From contig OZ024740.1 of NCBI GenBank assembly GCA_964016885.1, positions 170,004,001 to 170,068,000 of the forward strand: a stretch of 64,000 bases of DNA, written 5' to 3'. The translations under genes and the position numbers were made by a program. Origin of the DNA: Eledone cirrhosa. Taxonomy: Eukaryota. Shown here in pieces: positions 49,150 to 63,300 of this stretch. Below the pieces are notes generated by a model that did no database searches, was not told the origin of the DNA, and saw only the letters and a list, made by a program, of their open reading frames with translations. Positions within the stretch are counted from its first letter, which is position 1. Each line of letters begins with the position of its first letter.

Positions 49150-50684
49150 GTAATAAGTAGAGTACGAGGAAAACAGGAATGACTAGGCAGATCCTTACAT
49201 GAATGTAGCGAGATTTTTTTGCATTTAACATCTGTATGTGTAATTTGACAATTCCAGTAACGTGTACCAAGCCGACTTTGAAGTACAAACTTCGGGTTTG
49301 TTGTGTACTTTAATTGTCTCTGTATAAAGCCCCCTCCCCCCAATTTGAATTACCCCAGAGTCCTCTGGTTCTAAACGTGGCTCTGCTTGCTCCTATGTAT
49401 ATTTGAAGATATGCTTACATCCGAAGGACACACATTCACGTTTAAATTCTAGTTTGGAATTATAGGTGGATGACTATTTAAGCACATAATCGAGGTTTTA
49501 TTTGGATTTAAACTCTATCGTATAAGGTTTCCATATTAACATGTTTACATACATCAACGACAAGACTTGAGGTGATGCATTGACAGAAACACAAGTGCCT
49601 CGTACAAAGTCTAGCGATCTTCTGTTCGACAATTGCTCCAGCCGATGTGAAATATGATTTTTCTTTCCACTGGAGTCGATAAATTGATGCATAAGGCAAG
49701 TACTCATGTCATTATAATCAACGATGCCCCCATCCCTAATATTTGAAAGCTCAATGTGTTTATGATAAAAATCATTATAACATGTTTAGGTTAGTGTCAT
49801 TTTCTGCCCAGATCCTAGTATAATTCATAATAATTTTATAAACATTCTCTCGTGTTTAACGAAAAACAAATTTAACAGAGAAAAAAACGAAAAAAAAACG
49901 CACACACACACACGCAACACACACACATACACACAATTTCATGTTCGATAAGCTTTTAATCTAAACCAAGTTTACTGGACAAATTAATTCTGAATCTCAT
50001 TTTATATTATTCTATATACGTCAGTATAGATGTAATATTTCTGCATCATTTGTCTTCATGTATAGCGCATTTTAATATATATCCTGTGTTCTCCTCTATA
50101 TTGGCTGCTTTCCTTTAATAAATATAATATAATTAAGGAAGACAAACTTGTCCGAGGTCGACATCAACAATTAGTAATTACGTAGTAGACCATAACAAGT
50201 ATGACTCACAGTAAACAAGCAAAAAACAGTCACATAAACATATACAGACACACACATACTCATATATGGATACACATATACTTAAATGCTATATACGTAC
50301 TTGAGCGAATATGTGAAGTCTATATTTCCTTACATAGCCAATATTTTTTTGGAGCGAGCGACCGCATACTAGATTATATCACCTCGGTTGTATTATATTA
50401 ATATTTTATCTTCCAGTGAAAGATGAAAAACAAATACTACTTCGGACAGATTTGAAATAGGAACGGGAAAATCCAAGGGTTAATGTAATGACGAGGCATC
50501 AGTGAGATGCGGTTTTCGATTGCTCAAAGTTACCTTTGTCCACCCTTTTCTGCCTCGTGGCGGATTTGACCCGACTCTCTCATCTATTATTTAAAGCTAT
50601 CAAGAATAATCATATTAATTTGCATTGGGACGTACATATTCTATTTCTCCCCCCCCCCCCCGGTTCTCTCTCTCTATATATATA

Positions 50685-50880
50685 TAACAAAGGAATTTTG
50701 GTAAGGAACCAAATGGGCCATAACGCACCAGAGTACTCAATACTTAGTAGTAGAGTGGTAAATAGGAAAAAGTATGACCCCGACGGCAGAGCTCAAGCCG
50801 TTTTGACGGCTATTTCTGGACTCAGAAATAGCCGTCAAAACGGCTTGAGCTCTGCCGTCGGGGTCATACTTGTTCCTATT
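50685..50880. repeat. Fold-back repeat family P copy
   Basis: Near-perfect ~55-bp arms turning at TTTCTG-GACT-CAGAAA (~50820). Confidence 0.88.
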
Positions 50881-50932
<52 letters not shown>

Positions 50933-51021
50933 TGTAAAGTTATATTTAAAATTGTTGGGTTACAACTAGTAAATATTTATAACTGATATAAAAGCACTCG
51001 ACAAATATTTGGAGTACGTTT

Positions 51022-51425
51022 ATAATATTAAATAAATGGAAAACTATATTTATAAAACCATATTTATTTCATTATATATATTTCGGGGATATCATATTAA
51101 CAATATGCTATGCCTTCATCAGACAAAATACAATATAAACAGTTTTATAGATAAATAGATTCGACATACCGTAATAAACACCGACTTCATTTGAAGAGGT
51201 TTACGCTAGCAGTGAAAAATTTTAAAATTTTTCACTGCTAGCGTAAACCTCTTCAAATGAAGTCGGTGTTTATTACGGTATGTCGAATCTATTTATCTAT
51301 AAAACTGTTTATATTGTATTTTGTCTGATGAAGGCATAGCATATTGTTAATATGATATCCCCGAAATATATATAATGAAATAAATATGGTTTTATAAATA
51401 TAGTTTTCCATTTATTTAATATTAT
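51022..51425. repeat. Perfect spacerless palindrome (202-bp arms) with family F hammerhead motifs at 51067-51128 (-) and 51319-51380 (+)
   Basis: Centre GAAAAATTTT|AAAATTTTTC at 51223/51224. Motif: TTTTGT-CTGATGA-AGG..CATATT-GTT-AATATG..CCC-GAAA-TATATATA-ATGAAA. Confidence 0.88.
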
Positions 51426-51507
<82 letters not shown>

Positions 51508-52003
51508 TATATATATATGAAAACGGAGAAAGAGACGATTATTAGGAAGAACAATTTTTTTTTCCCCTTTTTATTTCTCTCTTTCTCTTTTTTCTGGGTT
51601 AGAAAATGATTAAAACGAAATGTTTTACTTTGTGTGAAGTGTTAAGGTATTAGTTGATTTATTTATTAATTAACAATGGTATTTATTTATCTATTCATAT
51701 ATTTTATATATATGTATATGTATATATATGTATGTCTTTGATTGTATGCACCCTTGTATATTTGCATTCGTGTATATGTGTAAGTGTATCTTTTCATGCG
51801 CGAGTGTGCATCGTTGCGTACATGCGGACATGTATACCTTGACAGTCTTTATTCCAAAGCCAGCTATTGTCGACTTCGACCATCTGTTACTTTCAATGCG
51901 GGAGTGGAAGATGTCTTTGAAGGAAGTAGGTAGACACCTGTTGCAGTGTATAATTAACGTCCACGCAGGGGGCGGGGATTTGTTTTAATTTCAGCAATCA
52001 CTA

Positions 52004-52006
<3 letters not shown>

Positions 52007-52035
<29 letters not shown>

Positions 52036-52560
52036 CTGCAACTTATTCCTGGGAGGGTCACGGAGTTAGAGTTGTCAGTCACGACTTTCAGAGGATCCTA
52101 TCAGAAGCAACCGTCTCGAACAGATCCGGCTGGTTCTCCAATTTATAGCAAATGAGCTCATTGATATTATTCAATTATCCTATCGATTGGTATTTGCCTA
52201 TACAATCTGTTCAGCAATTATTTCCTATTCACACGTCCATAGTATCGAAAATGTGATCTTTTGATTCGGAGAAGAAACGGTTTTACCGTAAGCGATTCTC
52301 TAATCACTGAGCAACGCACTTTAACGAGTAACGTTACTCCAAATACACTTCGAAGGAATCCCATTTCGATCGCTTGTGTTCGCGATCGTATTCTTTCGGT
52401 CATTACCCAAGACTCATGATCAAGAGCAAGGATAGGTTCAATCAACGAATTGAAGATAGCATGTTTGGATTTTACATCTGCCTCCTTTTGTTAACCATGT
52501 GGGATGCATTATTGCACCAGCTTCAGCAACACTTGCATTTAATTGAGCATCCTGCCTTTT
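52007..52560 (-). mobile_element. RTE-type LINE 3' fragment with (AAG)n tail
   Basis: ESWVMTERIRSRTQAIEMGFLRSVFGVT...IRESL...YYGRV is typical of the RTE C-terminus; (TTC)n at 52007-52037. Confidence 0.75.
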
Positions 52561-54002
52561 TTTCACTCATGAAAACGTCCTCTTCTTGTACAATTCTCCA
52601 CCTGATTTAATGCTACTCCATTTACATAAAGAAGAATGAACTACCCAGGCTTTCTTGAGTGTCTCGATTTTTCCCCTTTCATATATTGATCAAAATCTAG
52701 ACGTTTTCTCTTATATGAGTCAGTTTAATGGCATTTCGTTGCGGATTACTGTGACTTACTGCGACTTTTGTCGGTACATCTTACTTTCAGGTTGTGTTAT
52801 GTTGATATTTAAGTAGCTACACTTTTATTTATTTTTTTCATTTTTTATCAATCGAAATAAGGATTTTCTAATATGAACGCAAAACCCCAAATTGTTTTGG
52901 AAGGTTTATAGTTGATTAAATAACTTCTGTACGTGAATGCGATTTATTTTATGATCCCCGAACTGTAAAAGCTTATGTAAGTATCAACAGGATTTGAACA
53001 CGGAAATATAAAAGGACTTGGCTAAATACTGCACAGCATTTTATCTGGTGTCCTTATGTATCTAATCAATTAATGTAAATGACTTTATGCATCGTTTAGA
53101 AATAATGTCAAGTAGCTATCTGATTAAAATTATATTGTTATGCTACGTTCCTTTTCGTTTTTCGTTGGTTCCTGCTTTCTTTTGTTAAATCGTGCTTTAA
53201 CAAGAATAAATTATAACTTATGAAAGGAACATCCAGGTTCATGGAACCTTATTCAAGATGCCAGCTAATCCAGTGGGAGGAAATATGTGTGATGAGTGCA
53301 CTGGTCCAGTAAGTTGAACTGCAAAGAGTAAAACAATGAAGAAAACGTAGAAGAGTGATCGATTTCCGGTTTGTTTGAAGATTGTAATTCCATATAATAA
53401 AGAGCCCATAATTATAGAATGGCAAATATCAAGCCTCCTATTGGTCAACATATCATCTTAATAAAATGCTGGGAGCTAAAAATTTATCAATAATTTTAAC
53501 CTGGATTTTCCTGTTAGTAAAAGGCCAACCAGGAAATTTCATTAACAAAACTAAAGCACAGTTAGGGATCAGTTCAAGTGGATGTTTTTGTTCCGCCATT
53601 TCCTCCCCTGCCTAGAGACTACAATGACTAATCCTACTCTAAAGTATCGATTGTTCTCCTTTGTGAAGTTAGTCTGCCTTTAGAACATTACCATAGATAT
53701 AATTATGTTTAATGTGTTGAATATTTTGGTGAAAATAGGCTGGTGTTAAAATAATGTCAAGGCTATATAATCATCTGTTTCTAAATGGTTCTAACTGAAC
53801 AACTTCACAAGCCTTGTATTCATACTTAAAACGTTATCTTTTATCACCAATTTTTGTTTTCTCCTCGTTTCTACCTTTATTTTGATTTCGATTTTCAGGG
53901 TAGAGTCTTTAATTCTATGACATACACACACGCACACACCTACACACGCATATAAGTATATATATATATATATATACTTATGTGTATATATATATATATA
54001 TA

Positions 54003-55081
54003 TTAGAAAGTGAGGTTTTTTTACAAAATGAAAAATAACCGAGGTGTCCTACACGAGTGACAGTATAAAGAAATAAAGATGGAATCGAAAATGCAACTGG
54101 AGTCTTATTTTTAAAAAATATATATATATTTATTTGGTTACTTTACCGGTTTCGCAGTTCTTCTGCTTTTCAAAAGGTGAGTTGAGATGGAGGGTCTGTG
54201 GTTTTTCTCACATCTGGTTGGTCTTTGAATGTTACTTGTTTTATATGAGAAAAAGTGGCTCGAAACGCCAGGTTTTTAGAGAAGTAATTTGATTGGTTGG
54301 TCAATAAGTATAATAAATTTCGCGCCAGTTCGCGTTACAAAGTTCTTCAAACAAGGGCTCAGGTTGATTTTTCATATATGAGTGTTTGAATTACTTTTTA
54401 ACTTAAAAAAAGGGGCTCACGAAGGCTTTTTCTAAAAAAATGTATTCTGATTGGTTATAAATGAAATTATGGCAGTCACGTGAACAAGTTCATTAAATTT
54501 CGCGCCCGTATTTCGGAATTTGTTTTGTAGCCTTTTTAGAGAATTTTATGACAATAAAAAAGTGGCTCAAGAAGGCTTTTTTTTTAAATGCAATTTGATT
54601 GGTTATAAATTAATTATGACTGTCACGTGAACAAGTTCCGCGCCCGTATTATTTATTTTGTAGCAATTTAGAGAATTTTATGACAAGCAAAAGAATGGTC
54701 AAGAGAAATGGGATGGGAGAATTGTTCTGGTTCAGTGAATATGGCTAGTTCGCTGGGGTGTCAGAGTTCAGATTTTCTATTGAAATAAAGAAAGTAGACA
54801 TATGTATGTTTATTTGTGTGTTTGTGTGTGTGTGTATGTGTGTGTGTATAGGAAGATGATTCTATTAGTAGAAATGGGGGGGGGAGTTGTGTGTGTGTGG
54901 GAGAGTATGTTAAGATGGAGAGAATATATATATTTTGTGTGTGTGTGTGTAGGAAAGTAATTCTATTAGTAGAAATGGGGGAAGGAGTTGTGTGTGTGTT
55001 GGGGGGGGGGTTATGTGTATGTGTATGTGTGTTATGTGTGTGTGGGAATATGGTTAGCATGTTAAGATGAAGATAATATAT

Positions 55082-55145
<64 letters not shown>

Positions 55146-56090
55146 GTGGGAAAATTATTCCGTTAGTAGGAATATTTTTGAATGAACATATTTTCCTTAT
55201 TGTCAGCGCAAACGTATGTTTAGGTTTATTTAGTTCGGGTTTTTATTTTCTAAAGTAGAAGGTGTTATGTGTGTGTGTATGTGTCTGTTTGGATGGTTAG
55301 CATGTTATGGTGTTGACATAATGCATATTAAACCATATTTAATGCTTCTCTATATTTTTGAATAAACATATTTTCCTTATTTATTCGTATTTGTTCTGTT
55401 GTATTGTCAGCGCAAAGGTAAAATGGGAAGACTTGGAATTTGGGTGTCTTATTACTTGCGCAAATGTCTAGATGTGCGCTTAGTGGTATCTGTCTCGTGG
55501 TTGGATCTCGTAATTGTTGGCGATGAACTGTCATTCTATTTCTGAGTGTGAGTTTAGTTTGTCCTATATAATCTTCATTGCATCCTTTACATTTAATGGC
55601 ATAAATTAAATTTTTTGATGAGCAAGTGAAGTGATTTTTTACAGCAACATTTTGTCCTGACTGAAATGTATACGTGTTGCCTTCAATGAGGTGAGTGCAG
55701 GTTCCACAATTAGAGCGACCACATTTTTTTACTGTTGGTTGCGGGTTTGTGGTAGGGAATTTGGCATTGGTGAGTAATGTTTTCAGTGATTTCAGTTGTC
55801 TTTTGCTTTTGATTATTTTGTGTGTTTCAAGGGCTTTTTTTATTTCTTGGGCCTTGTTTCAGTAGTGGGATGTTCTTGTGAATAATCTTTGTAAGCTTCC
55901 GCATTTCTTGGGTTGTGTGTTGAGATATATGATAGAATATTTGGACGTACCTTGAATTTGTTTTTGTTTTCGTAATTCATCAATGTCTATTACTTTAGCC
56001 CTTTCTATTCCATTATTTATTAGTAATGGTGGGTACTGTCTTTCGAGTAGAATTTCCTTTAATTATTGAAGTCTTTTATTTCGCGTTTCA
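54003..56090 (-). mobile_element. Penelope-like element 3' half: GIY-YIG region (~55328-56070), long 3' region, family G hammerhead
   Basis: Minus strand reads CGRSNCGTC...NLIYAIKCKGCNEDYIGQT..LRNRMTVH...KENMFIQKY...LN; hammerhead motif downstream in sense. Confidence 0.85.
54141..54177 (-). ncRNA. Minimal hammerhead family G, U3-A8 variant
   Basis: CTT-TTGAAAA-GCAG-AAGAA-CTGC-GAAAC-CG-GTA|AAG; palindrome ACCGGT. Confidence 0.7.
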
Positions 56091-56116
56091 TAATTGGAGA
56101 CAATTGTGCAAATTCT

Positions 56117-56191
<75 letters not shown>

Positions 56192-56196
<5 letters not shown>

Positions 56197-56385
56197 AATG
56201 TGTGGTAAAAACCAGCTAGACCATAACCCACCAGAGTACTCGATACCTTGGGTAGTAGTGTGGGTAATATGAACAGATTCAGAACCACGACGCCTGAGCT
56301 CTGGCCGTTTGGACAGCTAGATCCGAACTCAGTTCGGATGTAGTTGTCGAAACAGCCGGAGCTCAGCCCTCGAGGTCTTGAATAT

Positions 56386-56392
<7 letters not shown>
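56192..56392. repeat. Diverged fold-back family P copy
   Basis: Variant unit turning at ATCCGAACT-C-AGTTCGGAT (~56330). Confidence 0.75.
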
Positions 56393-56473
<81 letters not shown>

Positions 56474-56534
56474 ATGTGTGTATGTATGTGTGCATGTGTA
56501 TGTGTGTGTATGTATATATTTATATATATATATA

Positions 56535-56673
56535 TAACGAAGGAAATGTGGTAAGGAACCAGGTGGACCATAACGCACCAAAGTACTCAATACTTAGGGT
56601 AGTAGAGTGGGTAATAGTAACGAGTAGGACCCCATGGCTGAGCTCAAGCCGTTTCGACGGCTAATTCTGGACT
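56535..56673. repeat. Family P monomer without return arm
   Basis: Ends ...GACGGCTAATTCTGGACT. Confidence 0.85.
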
Positions 56674-57100
56674 AAATGAACATTTTTATCCTGGTATATG
56701 AATAGCCCAGCTTCTCAGGGGGTAATTCCATATATGGTAAAAGTGATTGTCACAAGGATTGGTCAAACGTTTGTTGTTGAGACACATAATTCTATCATGG
56801 CAATTTGTGGAAGGAAGGGGTAGCTGAACCGGACAGTAGAAGAAAGAGCGAGAGGGGGTGGTGGAAACCCAGTCGTGCGTTGATAGTGCCAACTACAGCA
56901 GGGCAGGAAGTCAAGGAAGTATACTAGGGAGGGGGAGGGGGAGGAAGTCGAAACAATAAGTAAAACAATATGGGGTAAATATATAGAAGAATACCGAGAA
57001 TGTTAAAAAAAAACAATTAAATATAAAAAAAAGAAACAATTTCTGGTTACTATTCCCTAACGACAGCCATCAAGTCTCTCACTGGTACTGCTAGACTATA

Positions 57101-57917
57101 GAAAAGTAATTTGATTGGTTTGTCAATAATTATAATAAATTTCGCGCCAGTTCGCGTTACAATAGTTCTTCAAATAAGAGGGGGGATTGTCACAGGTTGT
57201 TTTTTCATATATGAGTGTTTGAATTTCTTTTTACTTGAAAAAAGGCGCTCACGAAGGCTTTTTTTGGTTGGTTATAAATGAAATTAGGTCTGTCACGTGA
57301 ACAAGTTTTCATTAAATTTTCGTGCCCTTATTTGGAAATCCATTCTGTAGCCTTTTTAGAGAATTTTATGATAAGTGAAAGATAATGGTCAAGAGAAAGG
57401 GATGGGAGAATTGTTCTGGTTCACTGAATATGGTTAGTTCGCTGGGGGTGTCAGAAATCAGATTTTATATTGAATAAAGAAAGTAAAGATATGTATGTTT
57501 ATTTGTGTGCTTGTATGTGTGGTGTGTGTGTGTGTGTTTGAATTTATTTACTTAAAAAAAAAGGTGGCTCACGAAGGATTTTTTTTAATAAAAAGAAATT
57601 CAAACACTCATATATGAAAAAACAACCTGTGACAAGCCCCCCTCTTATTTGAAGAACTATTGTAACGCGAACTGGCGCGAAATTTATTATAATTATTGAC
57701 AAACCAATCAAATTACTTCTCGAAAAACCTGGCATTTCGAGCCACTTTTTCCATATAAAACAAGTAACATTCAGAGACCAACCAGATGTGAGAAAAACCA
57801 CAGACCCTCCATCTCAACTCACCTTTTGAAAAGCAGAACTGCGAAACTGGTAAAGGAACCAAATAAATATATATATTTTTTTAAAAAATAAGACTCCAGT
57901 TGCATTTTCGATTTCAT
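57101..57917. mobile_element. Family G PLE terminal region as an inverted pair, with hammerhead motif at 57822-57856 (+)
   Basis: 57101-57510 matches 54280-54800 directly; 57545-57917 matches 54085-54430 inverted. Motif: CCTT-TTGAAAA-GCAG-AA-CTGC-GAAAC-TG-GTA-AAGG. Confidence 0.8.
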
Positions 57918-57919
57918 CT

Positions 57920-58034
57920 GCGTGTGGCTGAGTGGTTAGGGAATTGGATTCGCAATCGTAAGGTTGTGAGTTCCATTCCTGGACCAGGTGATGCGTTATG
58001 TCCTTGAGCAAGACACTTTATTTCACGTTGCTCC
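57920..58034 (+). mobile_element. tRNA-headed SINE with CORE-like domain, 3'-truncated
   Basis: TGGCTGAGTGG A box, GAGTTCCATTCC B box, then GTCCTTGAGCAAGACACTTTA. Confidence 0.75.
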
Positions 58035-58130
58035 TTCTACCTGGAGTTGCGACCGATAGATAGTATTAGCAATTGGAAAGACCAACGGAAACATTGTTCC
58101 CTCGGTCCGATTTGATTAAAGTCGATCGTC

Positions 58131-58174
<44 letters not shown>

Positions 58175-59424
58175 GAATTAAAGTGACAAAGGCGTTGTGT
58201 GGTTACTAATAAATATTATTCAGAAAACGTAAGTGATACACAAACATAAACACAAGGACAATTCCCACTCATCGGCTGTCTCCTGTGAGTCACTTATGTT
58301 TCAAACGCATTAAAGACAGTACATCTAACCACAAGGCGTTTATATCTAAGAGGAATAATAGTCGGGAAGAAAACAAAAAAAAAATAACAAACAGAGAAGA
58401 TAGCGAAGAGAACGACAAAAAAAGAAAACAAACAAAAAAAAACATACCGATAGAGAGGGGGAAACACGAGTCAGTAGTACATGTAAGTTGCAGTAACCAG
58501 TAGGAGAGAGTGAGAAGTTAATAAGGAGACCCAACGTAAGTCCTGAATCCGTACTCACAGCACCAGGGTTAGCGAAGAGAAAAATGATCATAGTGAGAAC
58601 AGGAGCAAAGAGGAAGAGACAAAGGAAAACGGAAGTGAAAGGGGGTTAAGGGGGCAGAAAGAGAGAGGAGGAGAAAGGAGATAGATAGTAAAACAGAAAG
58701 AGAATGAGTTAGTGAGTGAGAGAGAGTGAATAAGTAATTGGGAGAGAGAGAAAAAGGGAGGGAAAGAAAGAAGTAAAAGAGTTAATCCAAAATGGCAGGA
58801 CTTAAGTTTAAAACCCGAATTAACAACAAGTGAGCTAGGTAGGATAGAACGGAGGTCACAGCCATACATTAATATGCATTAAAAATGACAAAGGCGCTGG
58901 TCATCATCTATCAAAGAACAACATCAAAACCTCTTATATTTACATTCTTATTTTATATATCTCTATTTTTCATTCTTTATCTTAATATTTCTTTCCCTAA
59001 ATTTATTTCATCTCTGTCATTTTATTTTATCATATAATATAACTTAAAACTAATTAATTAATTTATTTATTAAAATAACCAATACACACATAAATATATA
59101 TAACATTGTCATATTTTCATCATTTTTTCATATATTTTTTATATATCTATTTTTATTTACATTTATTCATGCAATAACGTTTATTCATCTATTTGTACCT
59201 CTATTCTTCCCTCTATCCTACGTTATTCTTACTTATGTTTGTCTCTCATATATATACCATCATCTTCTATATATCTTCCTCTCTTTATATTTCTATAATA
59301 ATTTCTCCTTTTCTTCTTCTTTCTCTTTTTCTTTTTCCTTTTCCTTCTTCTTCTTTCTCCTTCCTTTCCTTCTTTCTTTACTGTATCTGTCTCCCTTTCT
59401 TCCTCCTTTTCTCTGTATATCTTT

Positions 59425-59622
59425 GGATTGGCAGTATCGGTAGAGGGTCGGACGCCATGCTTTGACGCAAAGAGTTACTGAGTTACTGCCCTTTCCATTC
59501 TGAGTTCAAATCCCGCCGAGGTTAACTTTGCCTTTCATCCTTACGGGGTTGATAAAATAAAGTACCAGTAATACACTGGGTAATTGCTGGCTTTGTGCCA
59601 AAAGTAGAAACAATTATTATTG
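59425..59622 (+). mobile_element. tRNA-derived SINE family S1
   Basis: A and B boxes, conserved body, ATTATTATT tail. Confidence 0.9.
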
Positions 59623-59865
59623 ATGATGTAATTTGAATTTGTAAATTTGCGGTTAGATATATATATATTTTTAACAGTTTCTGATGATCTAGTAGACTTA
59701 ACATCGTATTTAAAATTGAGTTGCACTGTTTTTAGTGTTCAGCAATTTTTAGACAACTCTATCAGTGAAACAATTGTTAGACTGCAAATAAATCCCCCTT
59801 TTTGTACTGTTGACCATGTTATTCTCCACGTTTTCAATGTTATATATATATATATATATATATAT

Positions 59866-60613
59866 GACTTTCTTTAGCCGTTGCTCGCCGCACCAACAGG
59901 AGCTATATGGTCTTTAAAGCGATGAAATACCAAAGAAGGTTGGAAGATCACTGATGAAGGACTAAATTTGTTTATATGTAACCCATTTACAACCACGAAG
60001 CACGCCATGTTTTCATATTCATATATAATTTTTTCCGCTGTGACCCGTCTGATCTTTCTTACTGCTTCGCCTTTTCTCTGTATCTCTCACTTCCTTTTAC
60101 CCCCTCTAACAGTCACTCTCTCTGTTAGCCTCTTCCTCACACTTTCACTCACTCATTCTCTGCTACTCCCTCTCCTACTTCCTCCCGTTTGACCTGTGCG
60201 AGATTCTTTCCTCACGCACACTTAGACCAGGTCGTATGGTCTTTATTCTTTCTCGTCTACAATTTTACAGAACTTATGTTCATCGATTTCAGGGACTTGA
60301 CTCTTTCTTCCTGTCGTTTGACCTGTGCGAAATTCTTTCCTTACTCACATTTCGACCAGGTTTGATGCTCTTTATTCTCTCTCGTCCACGATTTCACAGA
60401 ACTTATGTTCATCGATTTCATGGACTTGACTCCTTCTTCCTCACTTTTCGTTGCATTACCATCTTTGGTTGTTTACTGTGTCGCTCGTTCCCCCTATTTA
60501 CGTGTCCCAACGACTTTCTTTAGCCGTTTCTCGCACCAACCGGAGGTATATGGTCTTTAAAGCGATGAAATACCAATGAAGGTTGGAAGATCACTGATGA
60601 AGGACTAAATTTA

Positions 60614-60615
<2 letters not shown>
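59866..60615 (+). mobile_element. Family Q terminally redundant unit (646-bp period, internal ~125-bp duplication)
   Basis: GACTTTCTTTAGCCGTT...CTGATGAAGGACTAAATTT at 59866 and 60512. Confidence 0.7.
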
Positions 60616-60646
<31 letters not shown>

Positions 60647-60649
<3 letters not shown>

Positions 60650-60871
60650 ACGGAGGAGTTGTGGTAAGGAACCAGATGGACCATAACGCACCAGAGTACT
60701 CAATACTTAGGGGGGTAGAGTGGGTAATAGGAGAAAGTATGACCCTGACGGCAGAGCTCAAGCCGATTCGACGGCCATTTCTGTCCAGGAATATATATAT
60801 ATATATATAATAGGAGAAAGTATGACCCCGACGGCAGAGCTCAAGCCGTTTAGACGGCTATTTCTGGACTA
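60647..60871. repeat. Family P monomer plus direct partial copy
   Basis: Unit at 60647-60785; its 3' half is repeated at 60809-60871. Confidence 0.82.
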
Positions 60872-60967
60872 TATACATATATTTTCTCTAGGGTTCTTAT
60901 ATATGTGATATATATTTATCCTTATCGAGCCCTATTTGGATTTTAGTCTTTTCACATTTATTATTAT

Positions 60968-61084
<117 letters not shown>

Positions 61085-61201
61085 AGGTTATATTTAACAA
61101 GCTTAAAAATGTTTATAACTGATATAAAGCACTCAACAAATTAGTGGAGTAAATATACAATATATTAACAAATGGAAACTATATTTATAAAACCATATTT
61201 A

Positions 61202-61263
61202 TTTTATTATACATATTTCAAGGGCCACCAAGGCAAATTATGGTGCACTTTCATCAGATAAAA
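61202..61263 (-). ncRNA. Hammerhead family F
   Basis: TTTTAT-CTGATGA-AAG-TG-CACCA-loop-TGGTG-GCC-CTT-GAAA-TATGTATA-ATAAAA; flanks homologous to 50935-51170. Confidence 0.68.
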
Positions 61264-62479
61264 TACAATACAGATTTGTTTTATAAATAAATATTGACAT
61301 ACCCTGAAAAAAGTTAACCTTAACGGTTGGAGCTTCCTGGATAGTGGAGATATTATATTTATTGAGGGTGATAGAAAATTATGATTGAGTATGCAAACGA
61401 GTGTCCGAAAGGTTGAAAAGATAACGGTTTATTTAAATTAAATTAAACTGTTGGACGAAGATGATATGTGAAGGAAGGAGAAAAAAAGAAAGAAAGAAAA
61501 AAAGAAGGAGCGATTATATATATTTTTGACAGTGAAAATAGTGTGAAGAGAAGAGTGTAATTATATTTTTAAGTGAGAGAAAATATTAGTTTCAAAGGAC
61601 AAATACATCGTGAGAGGAAAAAAGAAGAAATGAAGAAGAAATGAGGATAGGGTAGAGGAATAATATTTATAATGCAGGATTCGTTATGTTTTCATTATAA
61701 TATTTATAATGATAGGTTGAAAAAATTAGATTAAAAGTTTAATTTAATAATTTAATAATTAGTTTAAATGTGTATGTTAAGGATTATAAATTATTAAAAA
61801 ATATATATTATTTTGCATTAGAGCAAATCTAGTATAGTTTATTTTATTAAAAGTTGTAAGTCAAAAATTTAAAATATCCAAATAATTTTAAATTTCTGGA
61901 AAATTTTCGAGAGTTTACAAAAGAATAACCACTTAGTTATATTATAAAAACAGTAAAGGAGTGTAAAGGCATAAATTATAAGTTATAAGTTAAATTTTCT
62001 ATCTTAAGAATGCAATTAGAACCTTATGTTATTTTATACGAAGTCATAAATTTATTTGCTATAAAATTAGAACATTTAAAACATTTTCTTAAGAATATAT
62101 TTAAAGCATAAACCATAGGTTACTCCACATATATATTAAAAAGAACATGTTTTCCCACATATATATATGAACATTTGGATATATATATTAAAAACTTTGA
62201 AAATATAAGAATATAAAAATATAGTTTTTCTATATCTTTCAAAGAAATTTTCAAAAGATTTTCTTAAACCCTTCAGTAAGTTTTTCAAGAAAAAAGTTTT
62301 TCTTAAAGGAGTTTCAAGCAGTCATATAAAGGAATTTAATAATCTATCGATAGGTGTAATAATATATATGTGAAGTAGAGATAATAGAAAATAAATTAAG
62401 TATATGAATCATATATGGATATAGAAGACATTATGTAAGAGAGATAAGTCGTATATTACATTTTATATATATATTTAAA

Positions 62480-63300
62480 AGTTGAATTTAAACGATGTTT
62501 GCAAGAACTGGATAAATTATTCCTCAAATTAATAGAGTTCTTACTTTTTAGTATAAAGAATATTTCTTCGACACAAAGGGAACAATTTTTAGATAAAGCA
62601 GTGTATGAAGGAGCTTTGGAGATAATATTCCAAAGTAAAGAATATTTAATGTTCTTTGATTTCAGGTCCCATAGTAAGTTAAATAGAGAAGTTGAAGATG
62701 TTTTACCAATATTCGTAAAAGAACATTTGTGGTTATTAAAAAGGGACTTAAAGTCTGTGGAGGTAGAGCCTACATTTGTTTTTACATTACAATTGTATAC
62801 TATATTTTTAACTAAACAATTATTATTTAGAGGACAGTTAGATTTATTTCTACAATATTTAAATTTAAATTACTGGGAGCCGTAACATTATATTGGATGT
62901 TGCTAGGGGTATTAATGCTATTCGGGTTAGGTTTTAAGTTTCTATTATTAATTCTATTAATATTCTGCGCTAAATTCATAGTGGTGGAATATGATAGTTT
63001 AATAGTATGTCTATTAAATATTGTGTTCTAGGAAAGCATTTATCTAGAGCTTTAAAGAATAATTTCGCAATAGGAGTTTTAATACTTAATGAGAAAGGGG
63101 GAGCGAACCATAATATATTTCTAGTTCTATTTCTTCTTTTGGTTTTCGAGTTAGTGTAAGGTTTTCTATTATAATATTTATAGTTATGGTTAGTTGGCAC
63201 ATCCTTATTATCAATGTATTTAATTTTATTACTATAGCCTACTCTACCCAACGCTTCGTTATAAATAGAAGAAATTTGATTTATTGCGAGGAATGTAAAT
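62480..63300 (-). pseudogene. Decayed Penelope-like linker and GIY-YIG region
   Basis: RNILWFAPPFSLSIKT...DKCFP, CPLNNNCLVKNIVY, FNNHK, LWDLK...WNIISKA...CSLC...CKHR; the YIG segment is deleted. Confidence 0.8.

Noticed and set aside
53237-53700. Coding-like stretch with a YWST motif reminiscent of piggyBac, or a small exon ending in GTAAGT
   Set aside because: Stops in all frames and too little similarity to call without tBLASTn.
62499-62885. 128-aa plus-strand ORF
   Set aside because: Antisense shadow of the minus-strand PLE GIY-YIG remnant.
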